From the NCBI GenBank assembly GCA_036785375.1, contig JAWMAR010000028.1, positions 6,696,001 through 6,760,000 of the forward strand: a stretch of 64,000 nucleotides of DNA, written 5' to 3'. Position numbers and translations under genes: made by a program. Below, in pieces: positions 1 through 12,139 of this stretch; within the stretch, counting starts at the first letter, position 1; each line of letters begins with the position of its first letter. Source of the stretch: Leucoraja ocellata (taxonomy: Eukaryota). The notes beneath the pieces are model-generated. The model ran no database searches and had not been told where the DNA came from. It was given only the letters and a program-made list of their open reading frames with translations.

Positions 1-110
1 CTCTGTGAAGCTGACTGTTTGGGCACTGGCACAATGGTTGAGGTCTTGAGGCAAGTAGAGACGACACCCTGGGCCAGTGACAGAATGAAAATGTCAGTGA
101 AGACCAGTTG
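1..110 (-). mobile_element. Rex1/Babar LINE RT fragment
   Basis: Minus-strand translation ~QLVFTDIFILSLAQGVVSTCLKTSTIVPVPK matches the same motif in the Rex1 element at ~53800. Confidence 0.7.
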
Positions 111-938
111 CAAAGAAGTGTCGAGCCCTATGCAAACCAAAAAGAGATGATGGACAAGCAAATAGATTTGGAGAAAGAAGGAGGGAGAGGTGGATACTAT
201 CAAAATTAACGCCATGTTGATGAATGTTCGAGATAATGTAAATGAGATGAAACGCTGATAGATGCAGGATATGCTTTTGCTATCAACAATAAGCATGTAA
301 AGATGCCAGTAAGAATTGGTGTGGAAGTAGATATTATATTAGTCTCCAGTAGTGAGAGCAATGCTATTAATAGAGCACTGCGGGAAGACCTAAAAACCGA
401 ATAAGATAAAGTGCACTTCAAGGACGTGTGAGAAGAAATTGTATCCCTAAACATCATTGAAACAACTTCAGAGGGTTGGATGTTCAAGGCGGAGGTCCAA
501 GCTGGTGATAAGCACACTGTCTGAATTTACAGTCGAGGAGAAAGGAGAGCCACTCAGAGGTAGAGAGACTGCCCAAGCATTAGATATGCTGTACATTGGG
601 ATAAATTTATTGTCTCGTGTACCGAGATACAGTGAAGAGCTTTTATTGCATGCTAACCTGGAGAAACTCAGCGGGTGAGGCAGCATCTATGGAGCAAAGG
701 ATTAGGTGATGTTTCGGGCCAAGTCCCTTCTTCAGACTGATGTGGTGTGGCGGGGGGAGAAGAAGAATGAAAGAGGCGGACACAGTGGGCTGTAGGAGAG
801 CTGGGAAGGGGAGTGGAAAGAGGGAGAAAGCAAGGACTACCTGAAATTGGAGGTCAATGTTCATATCGCTGGGGTGTAAACTACCCAAGTGTAATGGGTG
901 CTGCTCCTCCAACTTGCGGTGGGACTCGCTCTGGCCAT

Positions 939-1380
939 TAGGCTGTGGGCCGAGGAGCTTATTCGTTTAGTTTCGTGACCCAACTCACAGAACTACCTGA
1001 ATTTTTAACATATAGTATAAAAATATTATATAAATCATACCTGAAACTCGCCAAGACCAAAACCTGCACATTTTTAAGAAATATGAGAAAAACCTCAAAT
1101 TTTCTTAGTAGTAATTGCCCAATCAATGCGCGTTTGACATTGAGGTCAGGCGCAAGCCCGCGCTTTGTTTTATGGTCACTACGCAGCGAGGACGCTGGGA
1201 TCATGGCTGCCTCCTCATCAAATCAATAGCAAGGTTTCCAAGGATAAAGGTAATGCTAACCTTGCTGATAATTTTGTTTTTCATTTGATTTATCTTTATA
1301 ATGTTATAGTGTGTACTGGTAAATAAAAATGATAAATAACAAATGTAGAGCTAGGGTTAGGATTAGGGTCAGTTTGTTTG
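939..1380 (+). mobile_element. Orphan left end of Academ-like DNA transposon
   Basis: Starts TAGGCTGTGGGCCGAGGAGCTT..TTTCGTGACCCAA, homologous over ~200 bp to the left end at 45669. Right boundary approximate. Confidence 0.75.
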
Positions 1381-1489
1381 TCAATCTGTCAGTTGGGCCA
1401 TCGGTGAGCATTGAGCCAGGCCTCCGCCGGGAGGTGAGGGTTGGGCCGCCGGGAAATGAGGGTTGGGCCGCCGGGAGGTGAGCGTTGAG

Positions 1490-2985
1490 GCCGTCTTAGG
1501 GACATCACGGGATGTACCAGAATCTGAATATACCCACGGACCAGGTCAACCTTCGAAAAGAAGGTAGCGCCCTCCAAATGAGCCGAGAAATCTTGGAGGT
1601 CTGAAGAAGGGTTTCGACCCGAAACGTTGCCTATTTCCTTCGCTCCATAGATGCTGCTGCACCCGCTGAGTCTCTCCAGCATTTTTGTGTACCTACGATT
1701 TTCCTGCATCTGCAGTTCCTTCTTAACCACGAGAAATTTTGGATGTTCGGGACTGGGTACCGATCTGCTGTGGTTACCGCGTTTAAACGCCTGTAATCAT
1801 CGCAAGGTCTCCATCCCCCGGATGCTTTGGAAACCATAAGCAGAGAGGAAGCCCAAGGGCTATCCGACCGCCGGACAATCCCCATGTGTTCCATAAGCTG
1901 GAACTCGTCTCGTGCGATGCGCAGTTTACTGGGCGGGAGGCGGCGCGCACGGGCGTGAACCGGTGGGCCCTCGGTGGGAATGTGGTGGACCACGCCATGA
2001 CGGGTCACGTAGAGCAACCCTGGGAATTCGGTGAGAAAAGCTGCGAAAGGTTGCTGGATCTCAGCTACCTCGTCAAATTGCTGTTGGGGTGTGAACGGAT
2101 TATGCAGCTCAGCAGGGCACAGGTCTGACAACGGAACCATTCGCCCGCCCCTCACATCTACTAACAGGGAGAACGGGCGTAAGATGTCGGCCCCCAATAT
2201 CGGCTGGGCTGGGCAACGGTGAACGGAACGGCTGTTGAATGTTATTGAATGTTATTAGAGGGTTAAATTGTTCATGACATGTATTTTAATTTTAATTGCT
2301 ATTTATTTTTGTAACGAAAACTGAATGGACACTGGTTGAGAAACGTTTTTTTGTTTCCTCTGAGTATGCGAATACTCAGGAAATGACAATAAAGATTTAC
2401 AATTACAATTACAATTACTTCCACCTATATGGGTGGGAATCGAAATTTAAGTCCAGGGTCCGCACGCCGTAAGTTCGAATGTCGCTCCCGTTAACGGCCG
2501 AGAGGAAGGGTCCTACCTTACCGACGCGGGTATCTCAGGCGGTCGGTGGCAGGATGGCGATCATGGACGTAGAGACGTTCGTTCGGGCCGATCGCGCTCA
2601 CCTCTATGGACGATCGGCTGATGCATTTCCCTGAAACGAGCAGAGGCTTCGAGATCTTCGGGCTTCCATACCGTAACAGAGATGCTAATAACACCAACGG
2701 CATCGGCTATACACCTCCGGCTGTGGCGATGCTTCTTCGGCGCTGGGCAGATCCTGACCTTCGTCCCGATGTCTTCTCGGTTGCACCCTAGCCGTGGCAG
2801 TGGGGCGGGTGAAAGAACAAACGTTCCGCCATCTGTGGGTCTACAGTTCGTCGGCTCTCTCTGCGAGGTGCTAGGGATCGCTGAAGTCGGCCCTGGCGAG
2901 CATTAAGCGGACTTATTCCGGCATCTGTTCCCTGCTCGAACAACAGACATGGACGATGCCCGACCATCAGGGCCTACATAGATGA
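1490..2985 (-). mobile_element. CsRn1-type Gypsy gag-pol fragment (no LTRs seen)
   Basis: [62 protein letters not shown] motifs. Interrupted by a hammerhead unit (1598-1729) and a LINE tail (~2235-2417). Confidence 0.85.
1598..1729 (+). ncRNA. Short Penelope-derived unit with putative hammerhead ribozyme core, flanked by 14-bp TSD
   Basis: CTGAAGA-A-GGGTT TC GACCC-GAAAC-GTT at ~1601-1629. Flanks CGAGAAATCTTGGA (1584-1597) and CGAGAAATTTTGGA (1730-1743). Confidence 0.65.
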
Positions 2986-3449
2986 GGTCGATGTAGAGCA
3001 GCTGACACCTAGAGCAGTGGATGCAATAGATGAGGTTGGAGGAGGTGCAGGTGAACCTCTGCCGCACCTGGAAAGACTGCTTGGGTCGAAAATGTTGGAG
3101 GATTATCTGTTGTATGTGATGGCTGGTAGGGTGGAAGGTGAGGACAAGGGGGACTCTGCCCTTGTTACGAGTGGGGGAAAGGGTAGTGAGAGCAGAGCTA
3201 CGGGATATAGAAGAGTATTGTGGTGCGTGGGTCTCAAAAGGAGGCACGAAGTCCAGTGTTTGAGAAGCACCTTTATTGTATTCCTCCCGGTTGAAGGGAA
3301 GACGAAACCAGAGGAAGATGGCACCCAAACCCTGCCTTTTAAACCCTCCGGCTGAGGGCCGCCTCCGGACTGCACCACTCCTGTGCCGAGGGGTTCGGCA
3401 GTATAATGGCACGACCCTTAGGAGCCGCCACAGGACCCCCCCCCCCCCC

Positions 3450-5030
3450 AGAACTAGAGGCACAAAACGCACCGGCGGGCGCACGACCCGGCCGGCCCGC
3501 GTGCGTAAGTCAGCAGATCCCGGGGCTTGCGAGGGCGTAGGTGGAGGGACAGGTCGAGGGACCGGCGGGAGGACAGGTGGAGGGAGTCGTGAGGGGGGGC
3601 GCCCTCGGGGCCGAGGTTGGGCAAACAGCACCGGCTGGTCAATGTCCAGGTGCGCCGGCTTTAAACGGTCAAAAGCTGCCCCCGCCTCGTGGGTCCACTC
3701 AACGCTCTTCTGCTGCCCACCCGCCAGAAGTTGATACAGGGGCCGCATGATGTGGGCCGCGGATGGCACGAAACAATGGTAGAATGCCACCATGCCGACA
3801 AATTCCTGCAGGCCACGCACCGTGCGTGGGCGGGGAAACCGACGGATGGCGTCAACCCTGTCAGGCAGGGGAACCGCGCCTTGCGCAGTCACGCGGTGGC
3901 CGAGAAAGTCAATTTCGTTGACCCCAAAACGGCACTTGTCCAGGTTGATGGCCAAACCATGCTCGCTGAGCCGCTGACAGAGCTGTCGGAGGTGAGCACA
4001 GTGTTCCTGCTGAGAGCGGCTGGCCACCAGGATGTCGTCCAGGTACACGAACACGAATTCGAGGTCGCGACAAACCCCGTCCATGAGGCGCTGAAAGGCC
4101 TGTGCAGCGTTTCTGAGGCCGAACGGCATCCGAGTAAACTCGTAAAGCCCGAATGGCGTGATGATAGCCGTCTTGGGTACGTCATCCGGGTGAACCGGGA
4201 TCTGATTATAACCCCGTACCAGATCCACTTTTGAAAAAAATGTGGCCCCAGTCAAATGGGCCGTGAAGTCCTGGATGTGGGGTACGGGGTATCGATCCGC
4301 TGTTGTTGCAGCGTTCAGCCGTCAGTAATCCCCACAAGGTCGCCAGCCCCCGCTTGACTTAGGGACCATGTGCAGTGGGGACGCCCAAGGGCTGCTCGAA
4401 GTGCGGACGATCCCTAAGGCCTCCATCGTGCGGAATTCCCGCCGTGCCAGACGCAGTTTATCTGGTGGCAGTCGTCGTGCTCGTGCATGGAGTGGTGGGC
4501 CGGTAGTCGGGATATAATGCACCACTCCGTGGCTGGGGGTTGCTGATTGAAACTGCGAAGTGAGAATGTCCGGGAACGCAGCCAAGATCCGTGCGAATCG
4601 GGAGTCCATGGACGCCAGTGGCCGTCCCACCGGTTGATCCAAACGCAACGTGATCGGTCCATCGTAGTGGCGTTGACCAAACGCTGACGCCCGACGTCCA
4701 CCATGAGGGAATGCGCCCGGAGAAAATCGGCCCCGAGCAATGGTTGGGAGAAGTCGGCAATGGTGAAGTTCCATGAGAAATGGCAGGAGCCGAGCACGAT
4801 GGGAACCATGCGCAGTCCATATGTGCGGATGGGGCTGCCGTTCGCTGCGGTGAGGACGGGCCCCCGCTTACCGGAACGAATGTCGGCCAGTGAAGGGGGC
4901 AGGACGCTGAGCTCCGCTCCTGTATCCACGAGGAAGCGGGTCCCGGAGCGCCGATCCCAAGCGAAAAGGCGGTGAATTTGGCCGGCCACCGTGGGGACTA
5001 TTGGCAGCCGGCCCAGGCGTTTCCCGGGAA
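3450..5030 (-). pseudogene. Gypsy pol (protease-RT fused directly to integrase tail)
   Basis: DTGAE protease; RT KTAIITPFGLYEFTRMPFGL..YLDDIL; then AAFDRLKPAHLD..PRPRGRPP..TRAGR. RNase H and integrase core are absent. Confidence 0.85.
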
Positions 5031-5926
5031 TGTGCATGGCTGGTGGCATTGTCGTGCTGCAGCACCCCAGCGCTGATGGAAATAGCACCAGCTCCTTGTG
5101 TTGGTGCTATTTGGAGCTTGCCTGCCCCTGCTGGTGGTGCCTGCAGCTTGCTGGCGCTGGACTGCAGGTGCAGTACCCCTCACTGCCACTGGGGGTAATC
5201 GAGCGGGCCGTCGGGCTGGAGCTGTCACTCCTTCCACAGCTCCCCCGCCCCACCGGAGGAAATCGGGAGCTGCTGGGGTGACGTCATCGGCGTGCCTGCC
5301 GACGGCCAGCGCGTTGACGTCATCAGGGCGCGTCGACCTCAGCGCGGCCCCGTCTCTGCTGACGCCCAGCGCGCTGACGTCATCAGGGCGCGCCATCCAC
5401 AGGGCGTCGCCGCGCCTCCCGAGGGCCCGAAGGTCGGCAAACGAGACGTCGGTGAGCTGCAACCGAATGTAGGCCGGCAGCAGATGCAGGTGGGTATATT
5501 CAAACAACAGGCACGGCGGGTGCCCGTCTAGTCGCGCCACCATCTCCTTTAGGAGGGTAGATGGCCGCCGGTCGCCCAGGCCCCCCATATGCAGGATCCT
5601 ACCTGCCCGCTCTTTACACGCTCCATCCTACTCAGTCCGTAAATCTGGAGCAGGAGCTCTTTCAGGCCGAGATATTTATTATTGTCCGGGGGGTCTGCGA
5701 GGAAGTCCGTGACTTCTTCAACCGCATCCTGGTCGAGGGCTCCCACCAGGTAATAGAAAAGGGTGGCATCGACCGTGATGCCCCGCAGGTTGAACTGGGC
5801 CTCCGCCTGCTGGAACCAGATGAGCGGCCGGGTGGTCCAGAAGTTGGGCAGCTTAACAGCGACTGCGTCCAGAGCCCGGGCCGGGCTGGCGTGTGAGGAG
5901 GTAGGGCTTTCTCGTCTCTCCATCAT
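4998..5926 (-). pseudogene. Gypsy gag (frameshifted)
   Basis: ORFs 5549-5926 and 4998-5588: KLPNFW..WFQQAEAQF, LGDRRPSTLL..M, CYFHQRWG..A.QC..PC zinc knuckle. Confidence 0.85.
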
Positions 5927-8491
5927 GACGCCAATGGAGCGTCGGGGTCACCAATGTGGTGCATGGGTCTCAAAAGGAGGCATGAAGTCCAGTTTTTGAG
6001 AAGCACCTTTATTGTATTCCTCCCGGTTGAAGGGAAGACGAAACCAGAGGAAGATGGCACCCAAACCCTGCCTTTTAAACCCTCCGGCTGAGGGCCGCCT
6101 CTGGACTGCACCATTCCTGTGCCGAGGGGTTCGGCAGTATAATGGCACGACCCTTAGGAGCTGCCACAGTCTCATCTATAGTCGAAGAGGGGAACCCCTG
6201 TTCCCTAAAGAATGAGGACATCTCCGATGGCCTGGTGTGGAACACCTCATCCTGTGTGCAGATGCGGCGTGGACGGAGGAATTGGCAGTAGGGGATAGAG
6301 TCCTTACAGGAAGCAGGGTGGGAAGAAGTGTAGTCCAGATAGCCATGGGAGTCAGTGGCTTGGTAGTAGATGTCGGTCAGTAGTCTGTTACCTGTGATGG
6401 AGATAGTGAGGTCTAGAAATGGTAGGGAGATGTTGGAAATGGTCCAGGTGAATTTGAGTGCCTTATGGAAGTTACTGGTGGAATGGATGTGCAGGAGGTA
6501 GCACCAATGCAGTCGTCGATGTAGCGGAGGGAGAGTTCGGGGATAGGGCAACGGTACGCCTCGAACAAGGATTGCTCGACGTACCCTACAAAGGGGCAGG
6601 TATAGCTGGGGCCCATGCGCATGCCCTAGCTAAGCTTTGGATTTGGAGGAAATGGAAAGAGTCAAATGAAAAGTTGTTGAGGGGTCACCAAAGAGGTAGA
6701 TAATAGTTCGGCACTGTTCTCTAGTTGTGGTAGGATGATTGTTACCTAATTACAGCTGGGAAGAAACTGTGCCTGAATCTGGAGGTGTGCATTTCACACT
6801 TCAATACCTTTTGTCTGATGGGAGAGGGGAGAAGAGGGAATGGCCAATATGCGACTCATCCTTGATTATGCTGCTAACCTTGCCGAGGCAGCATGAGGTA
6901 TAAATGAAGTAAATAGAAGGGAGGCTGGTTTGTGTGATGGTCTGGGCTGTGTTCACAGTTTGCTGCAATTTCTGGCGGTCTTAGATGGAGCTGTTCACAA
7001 ACCAAGCTGTGTTGCATCCTGATAAAATGGTGCATCTGTGGAAGTTGTGACTGTTGTAGGGGACATGCCAAACTTCTTAAGCGTTCTAAAGAAGTTGAGA
7101 CGTTGGTGTACTTTCTTGGGTGTTACTTCAATATGGGTGGTCCAGGAGAAGTTGTTGGTGATACGTCATGAGTAGACTTAAAGGAGAAGTTCAACACCAT
7201 ATTTGAAAACATTGGAAAATTGCGAGATGGTCAAGTCAAGATAGACCCATATGTGCCTTTAGCACAACCAACGAGAAGAACTCCATTTGGAATAAGAAAA
7301 GGTTGAGGCTCGATCCAAGAGCTCATTGAACAGGATATCAATGAACCTGTTGAAGAATCGACCCCATAGGTCAGTGCAGTTGTAGTATTAACTAAACCAA
7401 ACAGAGAGATAAGGCTTTGCCTGGACAAGTAAATGTGGCGAAAATACGAGAGAGAGACATCCAAAACCTACTGTTGAAGGTCCTCCAAGAGCTACCTACA
7501 AGCAAAGTATTTTCAAATATGACCTAAAGTGGGTTTATCATCAGTTCGATGCAGACCCAGAATCAAGGACAATAAGTACTTTTGTCACACATTGTGGACT
7601 CTACTGCATAATATATAATTATTCATAGTTGCACACGTGAGGAACATGATGAGAGACTCAGGCAGACACTAGTACGATTGAAGGCTGCTGGATTGACTGT
7701 GAATGCGGACAAATGTTTGCTTGGTATTTCAGAATTGGTGTTTATGGGCCACAAGGTGACCAGTAATGGCATCAATCCAGCTGAGGGCAAAATTAAACCT
7801 GTGGTAGATGTTCGAGATCCAATACGTTAGGAGTTTCCTTGGTTTAGTGATTTTTTTGTGCAAGATTTATTCCAAATAGCTACTGTGGCAGAGCCACTGA
7901 GGAGGTTGACAAGGAAAAATGTGCTCTTTGTGTTTGGTCAAGAACAAAGATGCATTTCAGATGTTGAAATAGAGTTTGATGAGTGCCTATGCGTTGGGAT
8001 ACTATGATCCAAAGGCATCAACCCAATTTATTGCAGATGCAAGCGCAGTGGGACTAGGAGCCGTACTTGTACTTGCATGCAGGACAGTCGAGAGTCATAG
8101 CTTATGCAAGCAGGTAATTGACGGAAGTAGAAATAAGATACTCCTAGACAAAAGGAGGCTTTGGTGTGGGCATGTGAACACTTTCATGCATACCTGTATG
8201 TCATTGGTATTGAGTTGTGGTCAGACCATAAACCGAAGGAGAAACTATACACCCCTCGATCCAAACCGTGTGCCCGGATTGAAAGATGGATGCTTAGACT
8301 TCAACAGTACAAATACAGAGTGATCCACATCGCTTGAAAAAACAATATAGCTGACTCAACCAGATTGCTGAAGGAAGACAAGCTGCAAGGATCTACATTG
8401 GAGACAGAATCAGAAGCAGAATTGTTTGTTAGATGTGTTGCAGTACACCAAACCAAGAGCAACGGGAACAAGGGAAATAGAAGAAGACATC

Positions 8492-9409
8492 TCCAAGTTT
8501 GCGGATGACACATAGCTGGATGGCAGTGTGAGCTGCAAGGAGGATGCTATGAGGCTGCAGGGTGACTTGGATAGGTTGGGTGAGTGGACAGGTGCAGTAT
8601 AATGTGGATAAATGTGAAGTGATCCACTTTGGTGGCAAGAATAGGGAGGCAGATTATTATCTGAATGGTGTCAGATTAGTAAAAGTGAAGGTGCAACGAG
8701 ACTTGTGTGTGCTTGTACATCACTGAAAGTAAGCATGCAGGTACAGCAGGCAGTGAAGAAAGTTAATGACATGTCCTTCATTGCGAGAGGATTGGAGTTT
8801 AGGAGCGAGGTCCTACTGCAGTTGTACAGGGCCCTGGTGAGACCGCATCTGGAGTATTGTGTGCAATTTTGATCTCCGAATTTGAGGAAGGACATTATTG
8901 TTATTGAGGGAGTGCAACATCGGTTCACAAGGTTAATTCCACAGATGGAGAGACTGACATATAATGAAAGCATTATATTCTGGGTTTGTATTCACTGGAA
9001 TTTAGAAGGATGAGAGGATATCTTTAGAAACATATACAATTCTTAAAGGATTAGACGTTCTTGATGCAAGTAAAATGTTCCCGGTGTTGGGGGAGCCCAG
9101 AACCAGGTGGTGCAGTTTAAGAATATGGGGCAGGCCATTTAGGACTGAGATCAGGAAAAAATGTTTTCACCCAGAGAGTTGTGAATCTGTGGAATTCCAT
9201 GCCACAGAAGGCAGTGGAGGCTAATTCACTGGATGATTTCAACAGAGTTAGATTTAGCTCTTAGGGCTGAAGGAATCAAGAGATATCGGGAAAAAGCAGG
9301 AACGGGGTACTGATTTTAGATGATCAGCCATGATCATATTGAGTGGCGGAGCTGGCTCGAAGGGCCGAATGGCCTACTCCTGCACCTATTTTTTTTGCTA
9401 TGTTCTATG
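8492..9409 (+). mobile_element. CR1 LINE 3' fragment inserted in the Mag-type Gypsy
   Basis: KFADDT, RLQGDLDRL, KCEVIHFG, LYRALVRPHLEYCVQF motifs and CR1 3' UTR GGCCGAATGGCCTACTCCTGCACCTA...CTATG. Confidence 0.9.
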
Positions 9410-12139
9410 AGTCGCACAATGATCCAGTACTACATGATATTAGAGAGCGGTCCAAAGAGGTGACTGGGAGGAATGTTCACACAGGACGGCTATCAGCGAT
9501 TAACTATGCACAATTGGAAGGAGAGGAAATAGGATCGTAGTGCTAACAAAGCTGAGGTCAAGGATGATTGCGTTGGCTCATGAAGAACATTTAGGATTTG
9601 TTGGAACTAAACAAAATCTCCGTACAAACGCAAGGTAGCCAGGAATGGAAAAGGATGTGGGAGTAAGATGGTAAGCAGACACAATCCACCTGAGTCAATA
9701 CGAAGTACGTTGTTACTGACAGGACGATGGGAAGACGCTGCTGAAGATTTTCTAGGCCCACTCCCATCAGGAGAGTCAATACTAGCTGTGATTAACCATC
9801 ACAGCAGATATTATGAGTATGCGATAATGAAGTCTAAATCATCGGAAAAGACTAGCAGATTTAATGGAAATCTTCACAAGATACGGGTTACCAATGACGA
9901 TATACTCGGACAATGGGCTTCAATTCATTTCTCAGAGGTTTGTTGACCACATGAAGATAACAGGTGTGTACCAACACAAAGTGGCCGCAAGCTAATGGAG
10001 AAGTGGAACATCAGAACCAGTCTCTAGAGAAGAGGATGAGAATTGCCCAAGCAGAAGGCAAAAAATTGGAAGGAGATGCTCTTATCATTTGTAGCAGCAT
10101 ATAAGAACTATACCACACAGCCAACAGGGAAAAGTCCAGCCGAATTATTATTTGGAAGGAAAATCCAGATCAAGATACCATGGGTTAGTGACATGGTAAA
10201 TGACCAAGAAGTGAGAGATCATGATGCAGCAAAGAAAGGGGCATCAAAGCTCTGTGCAGACAGGACAGACAGCTGGCAGGACAAGCATGAGAGGTCCTGC
10301 CAGCTCACGAAGCAGGAGTGAACTGTAGAGACAAGAATGAGATTGCCCCTCCTTTTCAAGGCCAAGATTGAATTGCAGGGATATGCTTGAAGTTGTGACG
10401 CCTTCTTCAAGACTGGGACTGAGCTGCCTGCAACAGCCCAAGACGGACATAGCCTCCTTCGAGGCTGAGACTGGATTGCCAGGACAAGCCCGCGAATGCC
10501 AGAGTCTCCTCACATGGACACTGACGACGTAAGACTGCGCCCCACTTGGACTCGGATCTACTCATAACTATTGTCCTACGCTATAAATGTATCATATCAC
10601 ATGAGTTCGCCTTACTGCGAGTGTCGGTGTAGTCATTGCAGACCCAGCATCACCCACGACGCCACAGATGATACATAATGAAATGTGAATTAGCAAACAT
10701 ATTTAAAATTTGATAGGAACTTCACATTTGAAAATATATCATGTCAATGTGGGTTCCAGGTACAAAAATTAAAAAGTTGTACTTCTTTGCTGCTGCTTTT
10801 CCTTCCAGTGCTCAGAACGAGGTCTGATCAGAGAGTCACTCTTTGACCTACTGTGTGCCTGTTCCAAGCTGCGCCACTGGTATCTGGAATCTGCTTTGGC
10901 TTCAGCAGTTACCCTCCGCATCAGCAATCCTGGTTTTGTTGAAAATGTTTCGGTGCACCTAAGCCTTTGACTATTTACTAAGGGGATTGAATGGGGATTT
11001 CAAGACTAATGAAGTGAGATACAACAACTCAGGATAAAGAAATGGGACCTGAATTAGTGCAGACTCAAACTGTATGTGAAGAGCTGTACGGTTGAAAGTC
11101 ATAATCCACAATCGCTCTACTTTCACTAAGCTATTTACTTGTGGATAGTGATAAAATGCGCTGTGGATAGCTACTGCTGCTATCAGATATCATTGACCGA
11201 AGAACGTGGCAATGTAGATAAAGAGCACTACCTAATTCAAAATGCATGTTTCAAAATCGAATGGACTAGCCTTAGTAACAATGACTGAACTCTTGTGAAA
11301 GATTAACTACCAAGCAAAATTATCATACATTAAATGTAATTTGAGAGGCATTTATTACATTTACCAGCACTACCTTTATTTGTATTCAGTGATGTAAGGA
11401 GATATTGTTGATACAGCAAAGTATTATCCAAGATCAAAATAAAATTCTAAAATATCCAAACAATTATTTTCTCAAATGTCTGGAATTCCAATTGGGATAG
11501 ATTTCTCTTTTCAGGCGTGCAGATTATAATTACGATAGATATAATTATAAAATTAACCATGTTATTACTTATGTAGCCCAATATGTGACTTGATTAACTT
11601 GTTTTGTGTAGGTGTGCCTTAAACATTGCTAAGGACTGCACACATGGTCATTTTTATGTCAATGAGACTAGCATGGTGTGGGATTCGCTGGTTGTAGGGA
11701 CTGCTAGAATTATTGTGAGTTCATTTGGCTCAATAAGTTACTGAAAGGCATGTGTTGCGGCCACTACGGCCGAGTAGGGGACCAGAAGAGAATAAGTTTA
11801 CCGATGATACAAAGTTAGGGAGGAAGGTAACTAAACCACAAAGAAAATGGAAAAAGTGCCAGAAAGGGTAGTACTAAGAAAATTGTGAATAGAAAGCAAT
11901 CTGTAACAGCATGAATTTGTCGTCCATAAGGAAAAGAAAGTGCAAAAACATGATTGGTGTGGTTCATGTTGAACAATAGCACAGCCACTGCATAGCTATT
12001 GGAGAGAGATTCAATTTTATCACTCATTCAGGGCAAAAATGGGAGATTGAGACTATGCATAAGAGGGGTGACTCGGGTGTTGCATCTCATCAGGCTGGAG
12101 GAGATTATCACCTATAGACTAGGTACAAGCCACTTTGCA

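Larger units (their letters stand above)
3219..6168 (-). mobile_element. CsRn1-type Gypsy LTR retrotransposon, internally deleted (LTRs 3219-3432 and 5955-6168)
   Basis: Two 214-bp TG..CA LTRs with ~6 differences. PBS TGGTGACCCCGAC (tRNA-Trp type) at 5941-5953. Poly-G PPT at ~3433-3452. Probable TSD GTAT/GTCT. Gag (AVAVKLPNFW..WFQQAEAQF), protease (FLVDTGAE), RT (YLDD). Confidence 0.95.
655..6682 (-). mobile_element. Penelope-like element (RT + GIY-YIG), split into 655-938, 2984-3218 and 6169-6682
   Basis: MGPSY..FVGYVE, RYIDDCIG, LPFLDL, TDSHGYLDYTSSHP..KDSIPY (PLE RT); FTCTSSNLIYCIHCSRCQLLYI (GIY-YIG); KLEEQH..LGSLHP..MN C-terminus, then a terminal repeat with a hammerhead core at ~708-737. 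Confidence 0.9.
605..7165 (-). mobile_element. Rex1/Babar 3' fragment split by a Penelope insertion (3' tail ~605-655; RT C-terminus ~6700-7165)
   Basis: 6700-7165 encodes KKVHQRLNFFRTLKK...SFFPAVIR-like Rex1 C-terminus on the minus strand. 605-655 is the matching GACAATAAA-type 3' tail. Confidence 0.6.
130..10666 (+). mobile_element. Degraded Mag-type Ty3/Gypsy retrotransposon, interrupted by nested insertions (pieces ~130-605 protease, ~7170-8500 RT/RNase H, ~9410-10270 integrase, ~10270-10666 LTR-like end)
   Basis: Collinear plus-strand pol motifs: GEPLRGRETAQALDMLYIG (protease end); FENIGKLRDG..PLAQPTRRTPFG..VSAVVV..IRLCLD (RT); FIADASAVGLGAVL (RNase H); DFLGPLPSGESIL..SRYYE, SDNG, TGKSPAELLFGRKI (integrase). 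Many stops and frameshifts. Ends ...GACGCCACA. Confidence 0.8.

Noticed and set aside
2903-4255. 450-aa ORF as a novel RT-GIY-YIG fusion protein
   Set aside because: It is a chance read-through from Gypsy RT across the PPT and LTR into the flanking Penelope and another Gypsy fragment.
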